A stretch of DNA of 64,000 nucleotides from Takakia lepidozioides (Eukaryota > Plantae > Bryophyta): assembly GCA_030704615.1 (NCBI GenBank), contig CM060732.1, positions 7,750,001-7,814,000 on the forward strand. The letters run 5' to 3'. The position numbers and the translations under genes were made by a program. This document shows, piece after piece, positions 24,301-34,860 of this stretch (position 1 is the first letter of the stretch; each line of letters opens with the position of its first letter). The notes beneath the pieces are model-generated. The model searched no databases, had not been told where the DNA came from, and saw nothing but the letters and a program-made list of their open reading frames with translations.

Positions 24301-26740
24301 ATGTGTGGTCGCTAACAACTCTTATTGTGTCTTCGGGTCCCTCTCTGGAGTTGGGAACATGTTCGTGTCTCTCACAAGAGGATCCGAATTCCATATCTCC
24401 AACCACCTGATTTTGGTTGCATTGTCCACCATTGAAATGGAAAGGCGATGTAGTTTCTCTTGAGTCATTTCTGGCTTGGAGCCATACTTATCATAGTGTG
24501 CTTTCACCTGTTCCAGAAATTCCGTGCCAAGACCTGGGTCTGCTATCCGGATCTGTTTGTCGAATGCACTCATGAGGTTCTTCCTTTGATTTTTCATCTC
24601 GAACTTCATAATGTCCTCAAGCCCAGTTGCAGACCGCTGCTCTTCTGTGTGGGAATCATAGTACTCTGCTTTCGCCTTCAATCCAGTTTCTGCTATTTCT
24701 TGCTGCATACATAACAGGTACAAAAAGAATCAAAGACTGCAATTTCATCACAAAATTTGCAGTATTAACAGGCAAAAGGTGTCAAAAAGCTTACAGTGTA
24801 CATGTACTCAAGAAAAGCCTCCCTTGTCAAGCTGTACCATGTGCTTGTCTTCTTCTCAGCACACCTCTTCATCTGCTGAGGACTGAGCACGTTCGTGAAT
24901 GACTCCAGTGGCATCAGCCCTACCTTCTGGATGCGGAATAGAGTGTGGCACAGATTGGTCGTCACATGAGATGTTTCATTGGACCTGGAAAAACCTTCAA
25001 CTCATAAGATGATTTCAAATTGTCGAAACAAGTAACAGACACAAAGTTGGAAACTTACTTGTTTATGTCGTGCATGGCTGTCAAGAGCTGCGTGACACGT
25101 CCTTTGTGATCGAGAACCATGGAAACCACGCTCCAGTGCCATTCGATGTCGTCCGAGTGCAAGCTTGAAATGTAATCCATCCAGGCAAGCAGTCTGTGGT
25201 TCCCATCCCAGACAAAAAACATCTTTCCCATGAATGCTTTTGTGGAGGCCTTTTTGGACAGCTTGAACTCGAACTCCCTGTTTACATCCCGCCAGCATGC
25301 ATCCCAACCTTGCTCAATGTCCTCTGTTACAAGACACTCCTCTCCTTTCGTGTTCATAGTGGATACGTAGAACACTGCTGATCCCTTGACATAGCCGTGA
25401 ACAAAGTCGTTCTTCAACTTCGTTATATCGTTCCTCAAAGCCGGTCGAACAGCGGGCATGGAGATCATCCTGCACAGCGGAATGACCAGGTTTCCGCCCG
25501 GAACCTCCATCGACAGAATCACCTTCGACGAGTTCACTTTTTGCCCACCAATTATCTCCTCGGCCTTGTCTTCATAGTTTCCCTCCAATGCATCTTCCTC
25601 ACCTTCACCTTCTGACGCGGCCAAATCTTCCCCCTCGGATTTCCTTTTTCTTTTCCTCTGCACAGAATGAATTATCTGTGAGTGACAGATTGAGCACCCA
25701 TGGATCAACATTGCTTTGACGCAAGGTTGATTGATGGGGATGTAGTTTAGACTGAAAAGCATACAGGAAAAACTTTTCAAGCAAAAAAGTGCTTTGCGTT
25801 GACGCAGGGTTCTTTTGGGAGCTTCAACTAATCAACTTTCCCTACCTTACATTTCAGGATATGAGAGATCGGACGCCTCCATTGAACAAAAAACTCATCA
25901 AAACCAGCCTTGCGTCAACGCAATGTTGATTCCTGTGCGGCATCTGTTCGTTTCACTATAAGTTCTATCATACACAATGGAGGTAGGCATCAACCTTGCG
26001 TTGACGCAAGGTTGATTGCGAGCTCTCGGATCGGTGTTGAACACACACAAAAGCTACAGGAAAAGTTGATTGCTGTGTCTTCTTCTTCTTCGAACTTGAT
26101 GATGCGTCGCAAGCATCCATGTCTGTCTAGCTTGATTGTAGAGCAGCATCTGCACTGTTTTCATGCACAATATATACACTTGGGAGGTCGACTTCAACCT
26201 TGCGTTGACGCAAGGTTGATGTCGACCTCAATGCTTAGCAAGAACCAGAAAGAATCAGAGAGAGAGAAAGAGAGTTCATAGCCACCTCCGGTTTCTTCTT
26301 TGCACTTGATGATGCTCCTGACGCATTCAATCTTTCCATTTCGTCTGGAGGTAGCATGCTTCCAAGGAGGTCCCGATGGTGCGAAACAAGGGCAGACGGC
26401 ATCGTTTCCGCGTCCGTTTGTTCTCCCTGCTCTTTGAAGACCTGTTTCTCTACTCGCAGTGCTTCCTCCCTAGCCCAGCTCACTTCCTCGTCCTCCCCCC
26501 CTTCTATTGGAGGTTGCTCATCGGTCGCCTCCGGGATCACTTCAAGACCTTCCTCTCCACACTGCGGTTGCAGAATCCTGTTCTGCCCTTCGTCTTCCTC
26601 TACGCCGGATGTTTCTTCTCCCATTCTAAGTTCCCGTCTCGCCTTCCTCATCCTCTCCTTAGCGCGTGCCCTTTGCTTCTTTGATGTGAAATAAAGTGTT
26701 CTTCGACGCTTGCTTCTCCCTCGGAATGGGGTCACCGTCT
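21345..26740 (-). CDS. MULE cargo gene: ParB/Srx-like domain fused to a beta-class N6-A/N4-C DNA methyltransferase-like domain (~1100 aa; frameshifted as assembled)
   Basis: Exons ~26740-26286, 25657-25059, 24984-24795, 24702-24263, 24180-23957, 23079-22473, 22343-~22005, 21906-21625, 21538-21345. FFVWDGNHRLLAW (25213-25191); DLVVLDIPDG (motif IV position); FLSDSGALLL; REKSPAFMQTLVETCS..GGRVVDLSMGTG|ACFHACKSAGRHFFGMEAD (motifs X-I-II). Three 1-nt lesions; start codon uncertain. Confidence 0.8.
23203..23826. repeat. Six 26-bp palindromes with unique spacers in cargo-gene intron 23080-23956
   Basis: Copies at 23203, 23298, 23393, 23529, 23687, 23801; consensus TCAACCTTGCGT-YR-ACGCAAGGTTGA. Confidence 0.92.
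25705..26219. repeat. Five 26-bp palindromes in cargo-gene intron 25658-26285
   Basis: Copies at 25705, 25788, 25904, 25990, 26194; the last two are TCAACCTTGCGTTGACGCAAGGTTGA. Confidence 0.92.
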
Positions 26741-27777
26741 CTGCAGAATCCAGGGTTGCAAAGACAATAACGAGAAGAGGGAAAAAAGAGGACTATGGGA
26801 GGTTCATCGCAAGGCCTTCAACGCCAAGATGTTCGCTCGCAACGTTCAGTGCGCCACTGACTCATTCCACATGCATGGCGAACACGTGTCCATCTAATCG
26901 TTATGAAATATCGGCGGAGATCATTGGATCCTCATCCATTAAAAAACCGTTGGGGTCTAATCACCTCCCATCTGAAAAAGTTCGTTATTCTGGCATGTTC
27001 CAGAGGAATGTCAAGTGTGTACAGTTGTATAGCGGTGTAGGTGCCGTTAAAATTAAATGGAAATGGGCATCTCTTCTGGCCTCTCTGACATGACAACCAA
27101 ACGGCGGCTCTGTCAGTCAATCTGTCAACGAATGCACTGGTGGGGCACTTGTGAAAAAACAGTTGGATTCTAGGATTAGGGCTGACATAATGACCATGCG
27201 CTTGGTTTTCATGGGGAGACATTTCACAGAAGTGGAAACCCGCGTTAGGAGATCTGCAAGCCGGAGCGATACCTGCAATTCTCTGTGAGGACTGCAAAAA
27301 CTCCGCTCCCACACAATTTGCATTCACAAGCACGGTCGGACTGTGAACTCTACTTTCTGAAGCAACATCGACATATGGCCTCCCAAGCCATGGGCTCCCT
27401 TGACGCGGACTTCTTATGAGGACCACCCTTGACAACCACGAGGTTTTCTGATGGTTTTGATGATGCGTGCCTGGTGAATGAAACATCCTCGCAACGTTTC
27501 GGTGGGAATGGAACATGTATCTCTAGGCACTTCAATGGGAAGTGTACAGTATGCGAATGGAAAACTTCTCAAGTACGTTTCCAGAAACCTTCGTACATGC
27601 ACCAGCACAAATAGAGTGCCTCCAACCGAAACTGCGTTGCGAGGACGTGTTCATGCACCAGCGCACCTCGTAAGAAAATGGCACAGGGTGGTCCTCATTT
27701 CGCACTCAGAAAATAAAATGAATTAGTAGTTTCGGGAGTGAGAGTTTTAATTTCGCACTGAGAAAATAAAATGTAGT

Positions 27778-30700
27778 TGAGCTTTCGGACTCATCCTCCG
27801 ATGACACATGTGCAATACCGCCCGTGGATCAGCCATGTCCACCTGTAGAAGCAGATGTGGAGGAGATCACCAGTGTCATTCCTAAATTGAAAGCCATGGG
27901 AGGGATGGCAGGTTTCAAGAGTGAGTTGAGGGGGATAGACTGGAGCACTTTCAATATTCAGAGGGTGGCATTCTTGCCGGAATCTTTTGATGGTAATACT
28001 GTTTTCGAGCTGCCTCCTCCTGGTCGCTTGGGGGGCATTTCTAGTCTCCTGGAAGGAATGGACAAAAAGCACGATGGGCACCCTTGGTGCCGCACAAAAA
28101 CCTCCAATATTCACAACAACGACAAACTCATATTCAGGCGAACAGTCTGTAATGGGCACCTGAAATGCGAGAACATGAAATGCAGACACTTCGCATTGTC
28201 AGGTGTGCAAAACCAAAGCGAATGGGATGGTGTCAGTGAGAATCCATTCAAGCCCGGGGGGACACCACCATACAGTAACACTTTTGTGTGCAAGTTCTGT
28301 AGGGTACCACCTTGCTGCCTTGCTTTGTGTGGCGCCAGAATGTATTATGTGGTGCATCGATTCAAAACCCTGACTAGAGCCTGTGTCCATTTCGGTTTTC
28401 ACAACCACCCTGTGTCCAAGGGGATTATAGGGAGAGCGTTGACACAGTCTCGCGTCTGATAAGGCAAGAGTTGGATACCAATCCAACTGGAACCACATCT
28501 GCAATTGCCATGGGGGCGAGCAAGTCCTTTCTGGAAAGCCGTATTCTGTGTGCATCAAATTCGGTTGGAGGAATACTGGAGGGATCGGCTTTGGACACTG
28601 TTATGGACCATTTCTCAACTTTGACTTCTACAAACATTAGGAATCAGGTGAACGCTTTAAGAATGGGCTCTGGGAGCCGAGGTTATATGGACAATATTAT
28701 GGATTTGAAGAAAAGGAGCATGTATGACTACATCCAAGACAGCGTTTTCCCGGGACAAGGAGCCAGGAAAGTGTTCTTGTTCAAAATGTCCACAAAAGGT
28801 GAGGGCAGCGGGGTCAGCCTGGTTAAACGTATGTAGAAGGGTGGTGATCTTGGCAACTGCTTCCTTATGTTCGATCATGTCAAGAGGGTTAAAGACTGGA
28901 CCACAATGGCATGTCATGTTTACGACCCTGTGTACCAGCGGGTCATGACAATTGCAGTGTGTGACATGCAGTCAGAGGACACAGATTCACAACAGCTCAT
29001 GTGGGAAGCTCTCATTCGAGTTATGGCCTCCAATGGTCTCCCATCTCCCAATTTCGTTGGTTTCATGGCCGATAGTGCTCAAGCTAACTTCAACGCTGTC
29101 CGCATTGTGTTCGGGACGGGAGACCCAAAAGTGCCAATGCCTGGAAGAGAGCGTACATGTCTTTTCCATTGGACACAATCCCTGGACAAACACACAAAGA
29201 CATACATCAAGCCAGATATGCAGACTATGCATCGCCAACTGTGCAACCAGTACAAGGACGCCAAAACTATGGGGGAAGCGAATACATTGTTCCAGACAAT
29301 TCGTGCCTGGTGGTACTCATCTGGAGCGGCATCGGAGGACAGCATGAGGGCACTGCAAGACTGGTTCGCATTTTGGCACTTCCGTTACCGACAGTGGGGA
29401 GCGGCCATGACAACGGTGAGTGGTTTGTATTCACCTTCGTTTGGGTGCTTCGGATATATCTTTCAGGGTCCAATCCTAATATCGGGTTTCTGTTTTTTTT
29501 CCTTACAACATATGTCCATAGATGGCGGACATGCCTTCTTGCAATCTTGCAGAGACAGTGCACAATGCCTGGTTGCAACAATCCGGCAAAAAAGGGAGAG
29601 ATTTGTATGCGGCGACGGCCGATGACCTCATTCGTGCTCTGCAGCAGCAAACCAGATATAGGTCATTCTTGAGGGGTGGCCTTGGTGGCAAAGGTCCGGA
29701 CATGAGCGAGTTGATGTTGCGGGCAGCTGGAAGATCAGGGGATCCCAGCAAAATAGCACGGGCAGTGAGCATATGTGCAGATGGCACCCCTCTCGTGGGA
29801 AGAGTTCCCCATCTGGAAGACGAAGAGAGATTCGGGTCTTGCAAACGGAAATTGGACACCCCTCCCGGATCGGATGCAGATTCCCATATGCCGGACAGGG
29901 TGAACTTCTCGATGCCACGTGTTCACTTGGATCAGAGATGGAATTGCGGAACATCCACAGGTGAGGGCTACTCTGGCCCAAACCGGACCCCTGCATCAAG
30001 CATTGTCACTCCAATGGTTGAAGACCAGAACGTGGTGCCGCATATAATCGAGTCCATGGGCTTGGACGAGGTTTGGCATATAGAACGCACAAGTGCTGGA
30101 TCTCGTGTGAAATGCGCGGCGATCAGGGCCACCAATCATGAAAAATGTACATCATTAATCTCCAGAGGGAAAGAACGCACTGCAGCTCCTACATTCACGG
30201 GTTTGTTTCTCCCTTACGGACAAGGCGAGGCAAAGAACCACAAGTTCTGGTTCTGCGCTGACGATTGTGGGAGATGTGTGCATGGTACAGTGAGGCCTTC
30301 CGTGGTAAGGAAGCCTACTCCACCAACCGTGTGGCCTGTGAAGATGGGCACAGGTCTCACTCACCGAGAGATTGCAATGCTGGAAGAGGCGGGTTTCTCC
30401 CTAGCCAGACATTCCATTGCACGTGAAGGTGCTTCAAGTGGAAGCGGTTCACGGGTACCTCCGCCTGACGCTCACTTGTGGCCAACCAGACGGAACGGGA
30501 AGCTTGTTCGACGATTCCCTCCAACCACAGAACACTACGGCAAAATTGAGTCCGCCAGAATGCTTCACGCTCGTGTTGCGGGAACAATGGAAGTGCATGA
30601 TCCAGGGTATGGTCGGGTCTTCACCATGATCTCATCCGCATCTGCGCTGCAGGACAGGACGTACGAAATCACTGTTTCCAATTTTCCCAATTGTACATGT

Positions 30701-30883
30701 CCAGATTTTGTTGGTATGCTTTCAAGTAGTTTGGGAAAGAGAGGGAAGTTCATACCGTGCAAACACCTTTACTTCGTCTTCTTGAGAAGGATGGTTTGTG
30801 ATCCAAAGCGCGACTTCTTCATTCACCAAGCCACTATGAGTTTCAACGTCAACACACTTCTACAGCGGGATACAAGCCCATAA
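27778..30883 (+). CDS. MULE transposase with GCM/WRKY-like zinc domain, DDE core and SWIM finger (one frameshift, one premature stop)
   Basis: DGHPWCRT...CNGHLKCEN...CKFC...CGARM...HFGFHNHP; FDHVKRV (D1), FMADSAQAN (D2), CLFHW (CxxH), SCNLAETVH (E) after intron 29416-29521; CTCPDF...CKH SWIM. Frameshift at ~28423, TAG at 28834; 5' exon(s) unresolved. Confidence 0.88.
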
Positions 30884-31063
30884 AAATCGGTGTTTTCCTT
30901 GACTACAACTTGTAATGGAATGACTATTCAAGTCCAGTGACTCTCAATGTATGACGTCAAACATCTTTGCTATGCGTGGGTCAATGCATTTGTCGCATTG
31001 GTTTGTCATTCTCTTTTCATTAGAAAACACAAGAAACTACCTTCAGATAGACAGATGATCAAA

Positions 31064-31299
31064 TCAACCTCGTCTCAACACGAGGTTTACTTGAAGTTCT
31101 CCAAATCCTCCTTGTGTTGACACAAGGATGATTTTAGTTCTCAGAAAACAACATCGTGTCAACACGAAGTTCATTTTTGTTCCAGGAAAACAACCTTGTG
31201 TTAACACGAGGTTTTGTTGAAGTTCTCCAAATCCCCCTTGTGTCGACACGAGGTTCATTTCAGTTCTACGAAATGAAGCTCCTGTTAACAGAAGGTTGA
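31064..31299. repeat. Phased array of six variant palindromes, exact 42-bp period
   Basis: Starts 31064, 31106, 31148, 31190, 31232, 31274; consensus CAACCTYGTGT-YR-ACACGAGGTT with 16-bp spacers. Confidence 0.9.
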
Positions 31300-31537
31300 A
31301 CTCCAGAAGCCCAAAACCCTTCATCCGTTTCACCTTCATGTGGTGAAATCAGCAGTTCGGGGCTCCACGGTTATAGGCCCACCTTCTTTGTGGTGACGTG
31401 GCATGACCTGGACCAGGCTCACGCCACGTCAGTATCAGCGCCATGTCAGCAGCGTGAGCGTAGGCTCACGCCACGTCATCATTGTGTGAGCGTACGCTCA
31501 CACGCTCACGCGCCAAGCTCACGCGGTAGCGTCGTTG

Positions 31538-34125
31538 CTTTGAGACTGTGTGTGGACTATAGATGGTTGAATAAGGTCACCATCAAGAATAAGTTCCCTT
31601 TACCTCGTGTGGACGATTTGTTTGACTATCTATATGGGAGTCAAGTTTTTTCAAAACTTGATCTTCGGTCTGGATATCATCAGATACGGATCAAGAATTC
31701 TGATATACCCAAGACAGGATTTCGATCTCGTTTTGGTCATTATGAATTCTTGGTAATGCCATTTGGGCTCACAAATGCTCCAGCAACATTTACTTATGTG
31801 ATGAACTCTCTGTTCCAGAAATATTTGGGGAAGATGGTTTTAGTCTACATGGATGATATACTAATATACTCGAAGTCTGAGGAAGAACATGAACTGCATT
31901 TACGCTTGGTTTTAGACATACTAAGAGAGAACCACCTGTTTGCTAAGAGAAGCAAGTGTGAGTTCTTTGTAGACCACATGGATTACTTGGGATTTTGTAT
32001 TTCCAAAGATGGAATTTCAATTGATCCTAAGAAAGTCCAGACAGTGGTTGAATGGCCTAAACCAAGTGATAAGACTGAGGTCAGGAGCTTTATTGGGTTT
32101 GCTAGCTTCCTACGGAAGTTTGTTAAATCTTTTTCACAGATTGCAACCCCATTGACTGACCTGCTTAAGGACTCGAGTCCTGTAAGCTTGAAGGATGTTT
32201 GGACAAGAGATTGTGATAACAGTTTCGAGAAGTTGAAGTATGCCTTAACACATGCTTCTGTACTGAAATTGCTTGATCCTACGAAGGGAGCAATAGTACT
32301 GTGTACTGATGCAAGTGATCTTGCTATTGGAGCTGTGCTGATGCAAGATGGGCAAGTGATTGCCTATGAATCTCGAAAGATCAGTCCAGCAGAAAAGAAT
32401 TATCCCACTCATGAAAAGGAACTATTGGCAATAGTTCATGCTCTGAAGATATGGAGGCATTACCTGCTTCCAGTTGATTTTGTGATAGAGACTGACCATC
32501 AGAGTTTAAAATATTTGACCACGCAACCTCATTTGAGTCAGAGGCAGATCAGGTGGTCAGAACTGCTTCAGCAGTTCCATTATGACCTAAAGTATGTCAA
32601 AGGGAGAGAAAATGTGATTGCTGATGCACTTTCTAGGAGACCATTACACGTTAATGTTGTCTCATGCGTCAGTAGCACTATATTTCAAGACATTAAAGGT
32701 CAGTATGAGGTCGATGAATTCTTCAAAGAGCCATTAAAGAGTTTGTCTTGTGATCAGAGAACTTCTATTGAGAAAGAGAAGTACCGGCCATACCTCTTGA
32801 GAGATGGGGTGTTATTTTATAATGGTCGGCTTTGTGTTCCCCTGATTCCAGATTTGAGATTGCGCATTATTCATGACAGTCACAATATTCCAATCTCTGG
32901 ACACCCGGGCTTTCAGAGAACCTATTGGTCAATACGGAAGCACTGTTTTTGGCCGGGTATGAAGAGAGAAATTAAAGAATATGTGCAGAAATGTTTCCCA
33001 TGTCAGGTTTCGAAGTCAGAGAGAGTCAGACCTCCTGGATTATTACAACCATTATCTGTTCCTGGATGGAATTGGGAGTCCATTAGTATGGATTTCATTG
33101 TGGCATTGCCCAGGACCAGAAGTGGCCATGACAGTATCATGGTGGTTGTAGATAGGCTGTCTAAGATAGCCCACTTGATACCTACAAGGATGAGTGCTAT
33201 GGCATCTGATGTTGCATCCTTGTACATGAAAGAGATATTCAGGATCCATGGTCTGCCTCGGGAGATTATTTGTGACAGGGACTCAAAGTTCACAAGTCAT
33301 TTTTGGATTGACTTGTTTAAGAAATTGGGAACCAAGGTGAAATTGAGTACGGCCTTTCACCCAGAAACAGATGCCCAAACAGAAAGGACCAACCGTACAA
33401 TTGAAGATATGTTGAGAATGTACGTTGGTGAAAGACAGTCCTTTTGGGAACAATATCTGTATATGGTGGAATTTGCTTATAACAAGCATTTCCACAGTGC
33501 CATTGGCATGAGCCCATTTGAAGCTTTATATGGACGAGATTGCTTAGCTCCTGCTTCGCTTATCACACCACCATCAAATGTGCAAAGCGTGAATGACAGA
33601 ATCAAAGAGATCCACTCTGTCCTAGATCTGGTGAAGCGTAGTATGCAGGCTGCACAAGAACGGGCCAAGTTCTTTGCTGATAAGCGTAGGACTTTTCGTG
33701 AATTTGCCATTGGTGATATGGTGTTTTTGAAAGTTACACCAAAAAGAAGCAATCTAACACTAGGCAAGTGTTATAAGTTGTCACCAAGATTTTGTGGTCC
33801 GTTTAAAATCCTGGAACGCCATGGCACAGTGGCCTATGAGTTGGATCTGCCTCCAACATGGAAGATCCATAAAACTTTCCATGTCAGTCTTCTTCGGAGG
33901 TATATGTCGGACTCATCACACATCTTGCCGACGTTGCCTCAAGCCATGAATGATGGTCAGCTGATGGCTGAACCCGAAAAGATTCTAGAAACGTGAGTAA
34001 AGCACCTGTGCAACCGTTCTTGGAAAGAACATTTGATTAAGTGGTTGCATTACCCAGAGACAGAAGCTACTTGGGAGAAGGAAAATGAATTGACATTGAG
34101 TTACCCCTCATTTTCTGTCATTGAG
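31538..34125 (+). pseudogene. pol: Gypsy pol 3' part (RT, RNase H, integrase, chromodomain)
   Basis: LRLCVDY, YMDD, TDASD, H..H/C..C zinc finger, SMDF, ICDRD, QTERTN, GPF; chromodomain EPEKILET*...HLIKWLHYPETEATWE with a TGA at 33994. Confidence 0.95.
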
Positions 34126-34155
34126 GACAATGACCTGTCTTTGGGAGGGGGAGTT

Positions 34156-34860
34156 TGTTAGGTGCCTTGAACAAAGATCGAGACCTGTCGACCAGTTTGG
34201 CGAAGCAAGTGACTGCTAGAAGACCGCCGAACTGACAGTTGCAGGTCGAATGGAGCAGGCTCGCGTTCACGAACAGATCCACGATTAGGGATTTAAGAAA
34301 GTGGGCTTGGAGATGGCAAGGGTGGAGAAGAGAAAAGAATGATGGTGTACAGGCATCTAGAGCAGATCTGTATTGACAGGAAACCAGTGTAGCATGGCGT
34401 GGTGGTTGGGCAGACCGGACGTAGCCGGTGCTGTGCTTTTTGGTGAGCAGAAAAAGAGGTCGTGAGAAGAAGAAAAAGGATCGATCTGCACTGGTCTATG
34501 GTGATAGAATGTGTTGATGCACGGTGTGGTGGAGGGGCGGACTGGACATCGTAGTCCAGTACTGTGCATAGATAGAATGGCATGAGATGAGTACATAGGT
34601 TGACAGGGAGATCTTTTGAACAAGGAATCAGGCCAGAGTAGGAGTGACGATCACTTGATCGATCTGTGTAAATGAGGGAAGTGGAATAAGAATAGGGCCT
34701 TGGCTGGAATTCAGATATAGATGAGAGTCCGGTTGAAACAAAATCCCGAGCAATCAGTTTTCCTTGGAGTTTTTGTAAATTCCCTGTGAACAGCAAACCA
34801 AGCAAAGCGCCTGAAATTTTGTCGTAGTTGGACAAAGAAAAGAGAGTCAGATCTTTTACA
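34156..34860 (+). repeat. Gypsy 3' LTR (705 bp)
   Basis: Follows the PPT; TGTTAGG...TTTTACA then TSD GCAAC. Confidence 0.95.

Larger units (their letters stand above)
20489..31537. mobile_element. Mutator-like DNA transposon (MULE), 11,049 bp, two divergent genes
   Basis: 9-bp TSD CTTTGAGAC (20480-20488, 31538-31546); excision restores KKDGTLRLCVDY. Imperfect TIRs in register, built from (GC)GTGAGC motifs; internal MULE-type transposase. Confidence 0.93.
17797..34860 (+). mobile_element. Full-length Ty3/Gypsy chromovirus interrupted by a MULE
   Basis: TG...CA LTRs; TSD GCAAC (17792-17796, 34861-34865); PBS TGGTATCAGAGC (18380-18391); PPT GGGAGGGGGAG (34143-34153); gag-PR-RT-RH-INT-chromodomain order. 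Confidence 0.97.

Noticed and set aside
23203-26219. CRISPR array (palindromic repeats with unique spacers)
   Set aside because: Eukaryotic intronic context, spacers long and irregular (57-178 bp), repeats degenerate, and no cas-like ORFs.
31390-31537. N-terminus of the 868-aa ORF
   Set aside because: The first ~49 codons are MULE right-TIR sequence read in frame by chance; true pol resumes at the TSD.
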